This document shows positions 53,654-63,188 of a stretch of 64,000 bases of DNA, piece after piece. The first letter of the stretch is position 1; each line of letters opens with the position of its first letter. The translations under genes were made by a program, and so were the position numbers. Origin of the DNA: Octopus vulgaris (taxonomy: Eukaryota); NCBI GenBank assembly GCA_951406725.2, contig OX597828.1, positions 15,810,001 through 15,874,000 of the forward strand, read 5' to 3'. The notes below the pieces were generated by a model. That model searched no databases, had not been told where the DNA came from, and saw nothing but the letters and a program-made list of their open reading frames with translations.

Positions 53654-56600
53654 CCTTATTTTGTCATCATGTGATGGTTGTAAATGAGCATCACTGTCAT
53701 ACAAGCCATGTTGTTAATCTCCTGTCATCCATGGTGAAATATTACCTTGCTTGGAAACAGGTGAAGTGGGGTTGGTAAAAAGGGCATCTGGCCTTGGAAA
53801 ATCTGACTTTTATCCTTCCTGGGTCAATGAAATGACTACCTGTCATGTATGCAGTCAATACAAATGACCCCCACACACACACACACACTAATGTGTGACC
53901 TTGTGCCAGTTGGAAATCAATATTATTAATACAGACTAGCATTCTATGGTCTTCAACATGGTACTTTATGCTTCCACAAATATCGTCACTTTGACCCTTT
54001 AGTGTTCAGATTATTCTGTCAAACATATACTTATTAATTCATATTGTTTCAAACTTATCAAGCATTATCTTGTCGCTTCAAGATTTTGATTGTTTATTTT
54101 TCAAATGACATTATAGGGTAGATGGGAGAGGCCAGATCTTGCCAGTTTCAACATAAAACTGATAGAATAATTTGGCTGGATATGGCCAGTGTAAAGGCTA
54201 AAGGATTGAATCTACCACCATTTGTTTGTTGATCTATGCACCCCTCCTAGGCAACAGTGCTAATTGCCAGACACTTTATCATGACTAAGTGTTTTGGTGA
54301 TGCTGTCCTGTTCATTAAAATATATGAACTGAGATGACAAGACTGTGTTTACATAGGGGCTCCACTTTAATACTCTTTTACTCTTATACTTGTTTCAGTC
54401 ATTTGACTGCGACCATGCTGGAGCACCGCCTTTAGTCGAGCAAATCGACCCTAGCACATATTCTTTGTAAGTCTAGTACTTATTCTATCGGTCTCTTTTT
54501 GCCGAATCGCTAAGTTACGGGGACGTAAACACACCACCATCGGTTGTCAAGCGATGTTGGGAGGGAGACTAACACAGACACACAAACATATGCACACACA
54601 TAGATATATACATATATACGTTGGTCAATTTTCGTTAATAGCCAGGTCTCAGAGTTGATGGATTTTAGAGGTCTGTTCTGTATTAGAAAATGATTGAAGC
54701 ATCCAGTCTACGCTGTAAAGTGGTTGGCATTTGGAAGGGTATCCAGCTGTAAAAACCATGCCAAAACTGATCCCGCCTGTGCTGGTGCCATGTAAAAATC
54801 CCTTGGTCTGCCCTGCATAGTGATTGGTGTTAGGAAGGGCATCCAGCTGTAAAAACCCAGTCAAAACAGAGTTTCCTGGAGTAGTCTTCTACCTGGCTGG
54901 CTCCTGTCAAACCGTCCAACCCATGCCTGCATGGAAGGTGGACATTAAGTGATGATAATGATGATGAAAGAATGCAGGACAAAATACCTTGTTCGAGTTA
55001 ATATTTTTATGTTCTAAGTTCAAATCTTCCCATCAATACCTTTGCCTTTCATTTATCTTGGATCTGTAAAGTAGCGGTCAGCTTTATGCTTGATATAATC
55101 ACTACTGTTTGTCCTTCAAAAAATGTTCTCCCTTCTGCATCATCATCATCATCATCATCACCAACATCACCACCACCATTTTCATGCTTGCATGGGTGAG
55201 ACAGAATATTTTAAGAATGTTCTGTGGTCAGGTTCTCTCCCTGTTTCTGATCCTCACCGAGTAAGGGAATATTTTTTCCTGGACCAGACATGTTTTCGTA
55301 GAGGATTGGAAATGAATGACACCACTTGGATGATGGTTACTTTCACTTACAACTGTCATGGATGTCAAGACAATCACACACAGGCAATAGGCTTCTTTCA
55401 GTTTCTGTCTACCAAATTCACTTGCAAGGTTTTGATTGGCCCAGAGTTGTAGTAGAAGACACTTGCCCAAGTTGCCACGCAGTGGGATTGAACCCGAAAG
55501 TATGAGGCTGGAATGCAAACTGCTCAATTACATAACCATGTCTACCTAACATAGAAATTATTATTATTAACTATTATTGACAATGTAAGAAATTATTGTT
55601 ACAATGACAACTTTCTTTTCTTTTCTTTATTTAGATACAAGGGCAAGAGTTACCGTGCTGCTGTTGAGCTGTGCCGAAATGTTAAACAGCTTGATGAGTT
55701 CTGTCGACAGATATGTATTAAACTTGAATGTTGCCCGAATTTGATAAGTCCACACTGTATTGATGATGACTGCCCCGAAAACTGCTCTCAACTCACCAAA
55801 ACAAAATATAGTAAGTGTGTATAGGAAGTGTGAAAGGATTTTGCTTTAACCTGTTTGAATGATGGAGCACAAGTCGGGTGAGAGAACTGGTTGGGTGTTA
55901 AAGACTGCAAGCGGATAAATTAGCTGTGTTGTTGGTATGAGCCTGTTTTATGAATGGAGCAAGTACAAATAATGAGAGTTCAAAATGTGTCTTGAGCTGC
56001 CTGTGAATGTATGGATAACAGTTGAAAGTGTGAGAAGTAAGATGAGATTTAAGGATGCTGGGACCAACAGATAAGATTGAGATGATGCAGTAGTTCCTTC
56101 CAAGTCTTGGAATGACTGGTGTGAAAACCATTGTGTGATAGCCATTTGAAATACACACACTGTTATATTTGCTTCTCTTTGATTTTGTTACATTTTTAGT
56201 GTTTCCTTGTAAATCTAAGACTTAGTGTTACAGATACTATATTTCCTTGTATTAGAAGAATAGTGTCAGTGACCGTATTACTACGGCTTAATCTGTAGTA
56301 CTGTTATGAAGTTAAGTAAAAGTGAATTTGATAGCCTATGTTGTCACGATCATCATTGTTTGAACATAGGCTTTTCCATGCTTGCATGGGTTGAACAGAA
56401 TTTATTGAGGTAAATTTTTATTACAACCAGATGCCCTTTCTGTCACCAACCTCCACCTATTTCCAGTGTAATATTTCCTCATGACTGAACATGCTTTCAA
56501 GAAAGATTGAAAAGGGACACTGCTTGTATGGTGGTGGTACTCATTTACAACAATCATGCAATGTCACACACACACATATGCGATGGGCTACTTTCTGTTT

Positions 56601-59423
56601 CTGTCTACCAATTCCATCTGCAAGTCTTTGGTCAGCCCAAGGCTATGGCAGAAGACACTAATCCAATGTACCCCACAGTAGGCCTGAACATGGAACCAAG
56701 TGGTCAGGAAGTGTACATTTGAAGCAGCTGTCATGTTACCCCCATAATGTAAATTCCTTCAGAGTCCTTGCATAATTTCAGATCGAGTCATCTGCTTAAC
56801 ATTTAGCAAGTTTTGCATTTGGATATGTCACTTCTGTTCTTTTATCTGCCTCTCATCTATGAACTGGAGTGCAATGGTCACAGAGTGAAGATTCTCCTCA
56901 TGAGGTTTGAGTCATACTGTGTTCTGTCTAATTGTGTCCTATTTCTTGGCACAGAGCTTAATTTTAAGTCTGCTTTACTAACAAGGTCCTACTTCTAATT
57001 TGTGGTCAGTGGAGAAAAGGGCATTCAGATGTAAAATAATTGTTTTATTAATACAGAAATGTAGGATCTTTTCGGTTTGAACGGCAGTTTTTTCTAGCGG
57101 TGTCATATGAAATTGTCACCCATAATTATGACCCTAGTATCGATCTATTGCATTTCAATCTATTTTAGGGTTAAAGTTAAGGTTAGGTGGGGGAAGGGTA
57201 TCTTTTTTTCTTCAGAAATGTAAATAAACCCAATCTGTTTCTTAAACGAGGGACATATTCATACGGCACAGAATGTTTTCCCTTCAATAGACATCATCGA
57301 TTGGTTGAAATTGCAGAAATTGAAGAAAAAAACCCAACAAATATCTTACACACTATAGAATTTTCTCAAAGCCAAGAGAAAAAGATGTTTTATAAACACA
57401 TTCTACCAGTATACGAAGTTTAAAAGTGTTTAGTTACATGGAAATTATTTTAAAAAACTGCCGTTCAAACCGAAAAGATCTGAAATGTACAAATTTATTT
57501 TTAAAAAAAATGATCCCAGCCAACCAACCAACCAACCAACCAACCAGCCAGTGTGGAAATAAGGAGGTAAATTTTAAAAGGTGACAACTATTAGTTACAG
57601 TTACACAGTTTAATCCATAATGAAAAGCAAGAAATTTCATTGTAATGCTGTAAGATTTTATTAGCTTCCATTGATTATCTCCCTTGCAACTAGGAACTCT
57701 GTCAGTACTACTTTTATAAACTACAGTGTATTTTTCGTACCACCTCATTTTCCTATTCAATAATTCGCTTCTTTTCATGTAATTTTTTTTTGTCTGCGGT
57801 TGGGTGGGTGGGTAAGAAAGTATTGAGTAAAAAATATATTTGTTGTACTTCAAATAGTTTTATAATTATTGATTTTGCATCTCATGGCCACACTCAAATG
57901 ACAAGCAAATAAATGAAATACAGCTCAAGAGTAATGATTGGCTGGATTTTCTGGTGTGTATAATAATAATAATAATAATAAAAACATTGTGTACAGTGCT
58001 CAGGTGCACTACAACTCATCTAAAGTGTATGTATAATCAGGTGTAGTTTCAGCGGATTTCGGAAAGCATGAGGGCCTTAAAGGATGCAGTGTCATGGCAG
58101 TCAACAACTGACGCAGGCAGTTTGTTCCATGCTTCAGCAACTCTGAGCGTGAAAATATGTTTCCGAAAGTCATGGGAGCTGTGTTGTTTTCTGACTTTGT
58201 AGGCATGTCCACGTGTGTTAGACACATGAAGATCAAAAAGGTGTTCAGTGTTGTTGTTGGTGAGGTGGTTGATAACTTTGTGGGTGTTTACCAAGTCCAT
58301 CGCCAGACGCCGGAGCAGTTAATCTTTTGATTGTTGTTCCTTGAATGTAACTTCTTTTAAAATGATTTTACATAATCTACTAATTGCATCGTAACAAATT
58401 GTGTGTTAACCCTTTCGTTACCAACCCGGCTGAAACCGGCTCTGTAGTACAAATGTCTTGTTTTTATAAGTTTTGAATTAAAATCTTCCACTAAACCTTA
58501 GTCACAATTTATGTTCCTAACACTAGCTTAACCCTTTAGTATTTAAACCGGCCATATCCGGCCAAAATAGTTAATCTGTTTTATGTTCAAACTGACCAGA
58601 TCCAGGTCCCTCACACCTACCCTACAATGTTATACTACGTTAAGTAATTATACCATCAACATCTTGAAGATATGAGATAATGCATGATTAATTGAAATCA
58701 ATGTGTATCAATAAGCATTATGTTTGATAGAATAATCTGAACACTAAAGGGTTAATGATAACTAAGTTATTTTACTAAATTCTTTGCTACATTTAAAATT
58801 AATTGAAACACAGCATCTAGCGAAAGGATTAATGTGAATATTTATAGAGTGAGAATTAATTGCACTGTTTTTCTTTTCTTTTTCTTTTTTTGTTAAATCA
58901 TATGCAGAGTATATCACATGACTGTGACTTGCTTGTTTTATTGTCTCTTTTTTACTCAACATTTCCAGCCTATTACTATGGTAAGAAAAAGCGAAAAATT
59001 GGTCGACCCCCAGGAGGTCACAGCAATCTAGAGAATGGTCCTAGGAAAACTGGAAAACGAAGAAAGAAAAGGAAAGGAAGTTTGAGTCGTAAATCAAGAT
59101 CCTCCATGGATGATATTTATGCTGATGATGTTACTGCTGAAAATTCCAACACTGTCTCTGAGAAGCGGTCTGCCTCACCATCCAGTGAAAATAATTCCTC
59201 CAAAAGTGATACTAAAAAGACTTCTGATAGTAAACCTGCAATTAAAAGAAAATACACTCACCATGTTCCTCCACGTTCAGAAATTCATACTCGAGGTGCT
59301 AAGCTTCCAAAATATAGTTTTGAAAGAAAAACCCATAAAAAGATCCTTATTACCCCTGCTCCACCATCTAGTTCTGCCAAGTCCTTACCGTCTCCAACAA
59401 CCGAGGCAGCACTTCCTATCACC
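19380..59423 (+). CDS. SFMBT1: SFMBT1/2-like (Scm-like with four MBT domains) gene; 13 coding exons in window, 3' end (expected SAM domain) outside window
   Basis: Exons join in frame with GT-AG ends (775+98+241+89+241+98+256+89+281+71+238+176+455 = 3108 nt). Product has four MBT repeats, a SLED domain ([16 protein letters not shown]...KLECCPNL) and [19 protein letters not shown], closely matching vertebrate SFMBT1/2 as I recall them. Confidence 0.93.
21551..21725 (+). pseudogene. decayed partial duplicate of coding exon 1 (about 19668-19868)
   Basis: Colinear blocks: tagaagctactgatga/tagaggctgctgatga, tgcttgaggag, agaacta, aagtgggaagt, gtgtttgttga/gtgtctgtcga; with indels and stops. Confidence 0.75.
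22162..22259 (+). CDS. SFMBT1: coding exon 2, arm of MBT1 ([33 protein letters not shown])
   Basis: ctctag acceptor, cat|gtaagt donor, FxWEEYL MBT arm motif; phase 1 to 0. Confidence 0.92.
24835..25160 (-). mobile_element. probable retroelement 3' fragment bounded by (ATT)n tracts
   Basis: GC-richer island with simple-repeat tail; family not identified from this window alone. Confidence 0.4.
25354..25406 (+). ncRNA. type I hammerhead-ribozyme-like motif
   Basis: Stem I aacaaaactgt/acag(c)ttttgtt, core CTGATGA (25365-71), weak stem II atg-ggaa-tct, GAAA (25382-85), short stem III, GUA triplet. Confidence 0.55.
25537..25574 (+). ncRNA. variant minimal hammerhead-like motif
   Basis: Stem I tcttt/aaaga, core CTGTCGA (A6 to U), extra A, stem II gagc-gtag-gttc, GAAA, ACGT palindrome, GUA triplet. 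Confidence 0.45.
25711..25951 (+). CDS. SFMBT1: coding exon 3, MBT1 core ([19 protein letters not shown]...[15 protein letters not shown])
   Basis: tttcag acceptor, g|gtaaat donor, GMKLE and IGWC MBT motifs; phase 0 to 1. Confidence 0.95.
26900..27530 (+). mobile_element. RTE-clade LINE ORF 3' fragment, frameshifted
   Basis: Three overlapping frames give ...[16 protein letters not shown]...[20 protein letters not shown]...WFGHV...GRGRPRKTW, typical of the RTE post-RT C-terminus. Confidence 0.88.
29248..29336 (+). CDS. SFMBT1: coding exon 4, arm of MBT2 ([30 protein letters not shown])
   Basis: ttatcag acceptor, aag|gtatgt donor, WxxFL...GA..AP motif; phase 1 to 0. Confidence 0.9.
33591..33831 (+). 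CDS. SFMBT1: coding exon 5, MBT2 core ([20 protein letters not shown]...[17 protein letters not shown])
   Basis: ttgtag acceptor, g|gtaaga donor, ENVGGRL motif; phase 0 to 1. Confidence 0.95.
33961..34067. repeat. (GTAT)n/(TA)n microsatellite
   Basis: Direct reading. Confidence 0.95.
34408..35585 (+). mobile_element. non-autonomous Helitron-like composite
   Basis: Begins a|TC in a TA tract; ends with cccg-agcaacgc-cggg hairpin, then CTAG|t at 35582-35585; second 5'-like start tctttatataagagtg near 35191. Confidence 0.7.
36261..36730 (-). mobile_element. CR1/L2-type LINE 3' fragment, same family as 57961-58318
   Basis: Shared sequence (tacagtgctcaggtgcac, aaggatgcagtg, tgtttccgaaagtcatgggagctgtg) and (TTA)n tail. 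Confidence 0.8.
39671..39768 (+). CDS. SFMBT1: coding exon 6, arm of MBT3 ([33 protein letters not shown])
   Basis: ttgcag acceptor, aag|gtgaga donor; phase 1 to 0 bridges exons 5 and 7. Confidence 0.9.
42156..42411 (+). CDS. SFMBT1: coding exon 7, MBT3 core ([21 protein letters not shown]...[18 protein letters not shown])
   Basis: accag acceptor, g|gttaaa donor, KLEAVNP and ICPATV motifs; phase 0 to 1. Confidence 0.94.
45455..45543 (+). CDS. SFMBT1: coding exon 8, arm of MBT4 ([30 protein letters not shown])
   Basis: ctacag acceptor, atg|gtaaag donor, FDWAEYL...AAP..CF motif; phase 1 to 0. Confidence 0.92.
45850..46170. repeat. minisatellite, about 69-bp unit, four full copies plus one partial
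   Basis: Repeated ttacccaaggtactgtgttgtgggatagaacttgggaccttgttgtggtgaagtgaacatcata. Confidence 0.92.
46880..47282 (+). mobile_element. Helitron-like element
   Basis: ccgg-gtgaaa-ccgg hairpin then CTAG|t at 47279-47282, flanked by TA tracts. Confidence 0.6.
47715..48167. mobile_element. TTAA piggyBac-like MITE family D nested in another D copy
   Basis: ttaa-ccctt...aaaggg-ttaa ends; inner copy 47843-48070 sits at the internal TTAA. Single copies at about 18365-18592 and 32507-32734. Confidence 0.85.
48328..48556 (-). mobile_element. SINE family B (tRNA-like head plus Deu/Nin-like core), with 16-bp TSD
   Basis: ctaaattatagattct at 48312-48327 and 48557-48572; core gcctttcat..ggggtcgataaa..gtaccag. 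Other copies near 5025-5360, 10263-10457, 15605-16015, 16277-16513, 16540-16750, 17390-17600, 23890-24320, 40490-40700, 52340-52535. Confidence 0.85.
48916..49212 (+). mobile_element. CR1-type LINE 3' fragment nested in a SINE
   Basis: GHSEKL...[21 protein letters not shown]...FKVSLD; short ttaac tail; flanks belong to one SINE-A copy (about 48625-49310). Confidence 0.8.
49393..49673 (+). CDS. SFMBT1: coding exon 9, MBT4 core ([18 protein letters not shown]...[13 protein letters not shown]...VAVVQPE)
   Basis: gtttag acceptor, ga|gtaagt donor, FPVGWC motif; phase 0 to 2; missed by the ORF track. Confidence 0.95.
51579..51820 (+). mobile_element. second copy of the hammerhead-bearing element, with inverted 3' piece at its 5' side and 12-bp target-site duplication
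   Basis: atattcagagta at 51567-51578 and 51821-51832; attatttacattcg near 51616 is the reverse complement of cgaatgtaaataat near 51809. Confidence 0.7.
51732..51777 (+). ncRNA. minimal type I hammerhead-ribozyme-like motif
   Basis: Stem I aacac/gtgtt, core CTGAAGA (51737-43), extra A, stem II ggctg/cagcc, GAAA (51765-68), palindromic ACGT stem III, GUU triplet. Confidence 0.6.
52130..52200 (+). CDS. SFMBT1: coding exon 10, linker ([23 protein letters not shown])
   Basis: ttgtag acceptor, aag|gtaaat donor. Its 71 nt supply the phase 2 to 1 shift needed between exons 9 and 11. No homology support. Confidence 0.75.
52714..53005 (+). mobile_element. tRNA-derived SINE family F (Meta/V-like core), 14-bp TSD
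   Basis: tggcccagtgg A box, gcgatggactggcgtcccgtccag core; atataattgcttga at 52700-52713 and 53006-53019. Confidence 0.82.
53169..53406 (+). CDS. SFMBT1: coding exon 11, SLED domain first part ([22 protein letters not shown]...HQQVLKAK)
   Basis: ctacag acceptor, aa|gtaatt donor; phase 1 to 2. Confidence 0.94.
55635..55810 (+). CDS. SFMBT1: coding exon 12, SLED domain second part ([16 protein letters not shown]...KLECCPNL...CSQLTKTKY)
   Basis: atttag acceptor, a|gtaagt donor; phase 2 to 1. Confidence 0.95.
57064..57481. mobile_element. MITE with 29-bp TIRs and 8-bp TSD (Merlin- or hAT-like)
   Basis: gatcttttcggtttgaacggcagtttttt and its reverse complement; gaaatgta at 57056-57063 and 57482-57489. 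Confidence 0.88.
57961..58318 (-). mobile_element. CR1/L2-type LINE 3' fragment
   Basis: TRGHAYKV...[18 protein letters not shown]...ASFK and (TTA)n tail. Confidence 0.85.
58406..58832. mobile_element. MITE D with MITE E (58528-58755) nested at its internal TTAA
   Basis: Inner ttaaccctttagt...actaaagggttaa; the outer element resumes at tgataactaagttattttactaaattc. Confidence 0.85.
58969..59423 (+). CDS. SFMBT1: coding exon 13, basic/NLS-like and S/P-rich region ([21 protein letters not shown]...ALPIT)
   Basis: ttccag acceptor, acc|gtaagt donor; phase 1 to 0; open frame throughout. Confidence 0.92.
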
Positions 59424-60613
59424 GTAAGTATTTGAAATTATGTTGCTCTTCAAATGTCTCTAATCCACTTGACTTCTGGTTTTCACAGTACTTTATCACA
59501 CTATAAAACTTTATTTAAGCTCTTCACTCCCTACAGCACATAGGCCATCAATAACTTTCTCACCACTTTGTCACGTCTTCTTAGGTCTACTCCTTCCACA
59601 GGTACCCTCCATAATTAGACCTCATTTGGTTTGCTGTTACAGGACTTATTCTTTGTAAGCCTAGTACTTATTCTATCAGTCTCTTTTTGCTGAACTGCTA
59701 AGTTACGGAGACATACACACCAACATCTGTTGTCAAGTGATGGTGGGGGTACAAACAGACACACAAACATATACATATATATGACAGGCTTCTTTCAGTT
59801 TCCGCCTACCAAATCTACTCACAAGGCTTTGGTCGGCCTGAGGCTGTAGTAGAAGACACTTACCCGAGGTGCCTGCAAGATTTCACAGCTCTAGCATCAC
59901 TCCTTCAGAGTCAGCATGTGAACTTTTCAGTCCACCCTTGTATTCTGTTTTGGATGCTTTCCCTTTGTCAGAGTAATTTAATATCCTGTTTCTTAAGGTA
60001 CCTGTGCTATGTGCTGTTAAAAAAAAAAAAAAGGTACCCATGGCAGAGGAAAACTGAGGTAAATTGAGTGACAGTCTAATCTCAGATTGTTCATCATCAT
60101 CATCATCATTTAACTTCTGTTTCCTTGCTGGCATGGGTTGCATGGTTTGACAGGAGCAGACAAATCAGAAGACTGCAACAAGCTCCTCTACTGTCTGCTT
60201 TGGCAGGTTTTTATGGCTGAATGCCCCTTCATAACACCAACCACTTTACAGTGTGCTGGATGCTTTTTGCGTGGCACCAGCACCAGTGAGGTCATTAAAT
60301 GATTTATAAGGCAAGACCCCTCAACTGAGTTGGGGAATAGTATTAAGGAACACGACTTTGTACCAGATGAGCAAATAAGGTATAGGAGTTTGATGAACAA
60401 GAGTTTATAAAATGGATATTAAAACTGATGATGATGATGAATATTTGTTCATTGAAGCTTTGTCAAAGCATTTGCTATTGATAGTTTCTACTCTTGATTT
60501 GTATAGAGCAGCTTGATGAGAATGATATTTATGGAACAGCATGTACAGAATGTGCATTGAAAAGAAATGTTCTTCATAGAATTTATATACAGCAGTAACT
60601 TATCTTTTACACT

Positions 60614-60912
60614 AATTTTGTTTGTTCCTTCTCGAGCCATGCCTGGCTCATAAGAGCCGGTTTCTTGGCGTATAGGTTCCCCACCTGGACTGGACGCCGG
60701 TCCGTCGCAGGTGAGCTGCAAGATGCAGGAGGAAAGAGTGAGAGAAAGTTGTGGCGAAAGAATCAGCAGAAATTTAGCCATTACCTTCTGCCGGAGCTGT
60801 GTGGAGCTTAGGTGTTTCGCTCATGAGCACACACATTGCCCGGTCTGAGATTCGAACCCGCGATCCCTCGACCGTGAGTCTGATGCTCTAACCACTAGGC
60901 CATGTGCCTCCA
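60614..60912 (-). mobile_element. SINE family F, opposite orientation, 10-bp TSD
   Basis: Reverse complement resembles 52714-53005 with intact ggttcgaatc B box; cttttacact at 60604-60613 and 60913-60922. Confidence 0.82.
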
Positions 60913-61630
60913 CTTTTACACTGGTTTCAGTTATTGGGACCACAACTGTGCTGGAGCACTGCCTCGAAGGGTTTTGTCCAAACAAATTAATTGACCCCAG
61001 GACTTATTTATTAAGCTGGTACATATTGGTCTCCATTACTACCAAGTTATGTGGTCTTAAACAAACAAACAATGGTGGGGAACAAACAAAGATATATATA
61101 TAAGAAGGACATCCAGGTGTAGAAACCATGCTAGATCAGATTGGAACTTGGTACGGCTCTCCAACATACCAGTTCCAGTCTAACCCATGCCAACATGGAA
61201 AGAAGATGTAAAATAATAATGATGATGATAATGAAAATAATATTAGTGACAGAAACAGTATTACTACCAGAAGTCAGTCTTTATATCCTACTTAATGTGG
61301 ATGTATTATTGGAATGGTGGAAACTGCAGTATTTTCTTTGAGAGGTCTTCTGATATAGATACATGGTGTATAAAAGTACTGACATATATTGTAGCAGATT
61401 AGAATCATATGTAATATAGGTGCCAGATCACAGGATTTCAATGCACTGCACTTCTTCAGTGGGAGGCATCCAGTCACTGCATACCAGCCAATGATACTTA
61501 TTAATAGAATAACTGTTTTTTCAATCACTGATGTCACAAACAGCCAGCAGGCTTATTGAAAAATGATATATATATAGGCGCAGGCAGACACGTGCTTTCT
61601 AACCACATGGTTCCAGTTCAATTCCACTGT

Positions 61631-61842
61631 GTTCTCATTCCTAAGGTATTTTTCGTTGTTGTTATTATTCAGGTCACTGCTTGGAGTTAAACTCGGAATC
61701 TTGGGGTTAGTATCCTGCGCTCTTAACTGCTATGGGGGCATATGGCGTAGTGGTGATGAAGGCTGGAGGGTATATCAGCTGAAATATTGTGTTTAACAAC
61801 AAAGAAGATGAGGACAAATGTCCATCAAATGTAAATAATGTA
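61631..61842. mobile_element. third, rearranged copy of the same element (inverted tRNA head, then forward hammerhead part)
   Basis: 61631-61735 is the reverse complement of the 16040-16150 type sequence, followed by gtgatgaaggctggagggtatatcagctgaaat. Confidence 0.7.
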
Positions 61843-61959
61843 AATTATTCAACATAGTTAACAAATTCACAGAGTAAAAATATTTACATTGATCCTGCTA
61901 CCATTCAGTTGGCAGAATAAACTTACCAGAATAGTGTATATTTGGTCAGAACAAAGAAT

Positions 61960-62186
61960 TTAACCCTTTAGTGTTCAGATTATTCTATCAAACATAATGC
62001 TTATTGATTCATATTGATTTGAATTAATCATGCATTATCTCATATCTTCAAGATCTTGATGGTGTAATTACTTAATGTAGAATAACATTGTAGGGTAGGT
62101 GCGAGAGCCTGGATCTGGTCAGTTTGAACATAAAACAGATTAACTATTTTGGCCGGATATGGCCGGTTTAAATACTAAAGGGTTAA
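61960..62186 (-). mobile_element. TTAA piggyBac-like MITE family E
   Basis: TIR ccctttagt/actaaaggg with TTAA on both sides; near-identical reverse complement of 58528-58755. Older copies near 17800-18020, 28597-28815, 37427-37641, 53992-54207. Confidence 0.88.
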
Positions 62187-63152
62187 GGAGGGATTATTAG
62201 AGTTTATAGTAGCAGGAGGAGATAATTGACCCAAGCAAGCCAGTTATCTAAACTTCTAACAATAGAGGAAGGATCGACTCTGATTGTCTAGCTTTTTATC
62301 TCAAGTAAGTTGTTTGTGTACTTGTCAGTCATCATCATCATCATCATTGTCATTTAACATCAGCTTTCCATGCTGGCATGAGTTGGACAGTTTGACTGAG
62401 GGCTGGCGAGCCAGAAGACTGCACCAGTCTTCAATTTGATCTGGTAACAACAAACAATAACTAACAACCCAGCTTCAGAATTTTTCCCCTCTATCAATTC
62501 AGGGACGATACAACCTGTATCAGCACTTTAGTAAAGAGTCATTCTTTATCACAAAATATAATCCCCTTCTGAATGCATCCACAACAAATGATACTATCAC
62601 CAGGGCCTTAGAATAACACCCACACAAATATTGAAAACAATATATTGTAAACAGTCACTTTACATGAATTTATTCAGAATTCCAATCACTACTATTACAA
62701 CCACAACAGGTCACTTTTAGTAGGTCACTTGACCATTTGAGAGGATTCCACCAACATCCTGCTACTGTCATACCATTCCTGCATTTTTATTCTTTCTCTT
62801 CTTCTTCGCTGCCTCCTTTCTCTACTACTACTGCTGCTTAAACAATCAAAGACAAGAATTCATATCAACCTAGCTGCTGCTAACTACCTAGAACCCACAA
62901 GAATAGAAAACAGAGACAAACAGAAAAAAGGAAAATGTCCCTTGCATTTGAACACTGTGGAAATATTTTCAAAAAACATTTCATTTAATTTTTCCACAAT
63001 TTAATTGTTTTCCATGCTTTACTCTAAGTTGAAAAAGTTGCAAAGACTGAAACCGGTACTAAAATGTTCTTCATGAGAAAATTATTTTACCATTTTCTAC
63101 CTTGTCTTTTTTCCTTATACATATCAACTCGTGTGTTCCTTTTCAACCTACT

Positions 63153-63186
<34 letters not shown>

Positions 63187-63188
63187 GT

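Noticed and set aside
55123-55452. 109-aa ORF with poly-His
   Set aside because: (CAT)n tail of a retroelement followed by SINE sequence
49674-58968. Intronic miRNA cluster like that of rodent Sfmbt2
   Set aside because: No tandem array of pre-miRNA-sized hairpins seen; introns are explained by dispersed repeats
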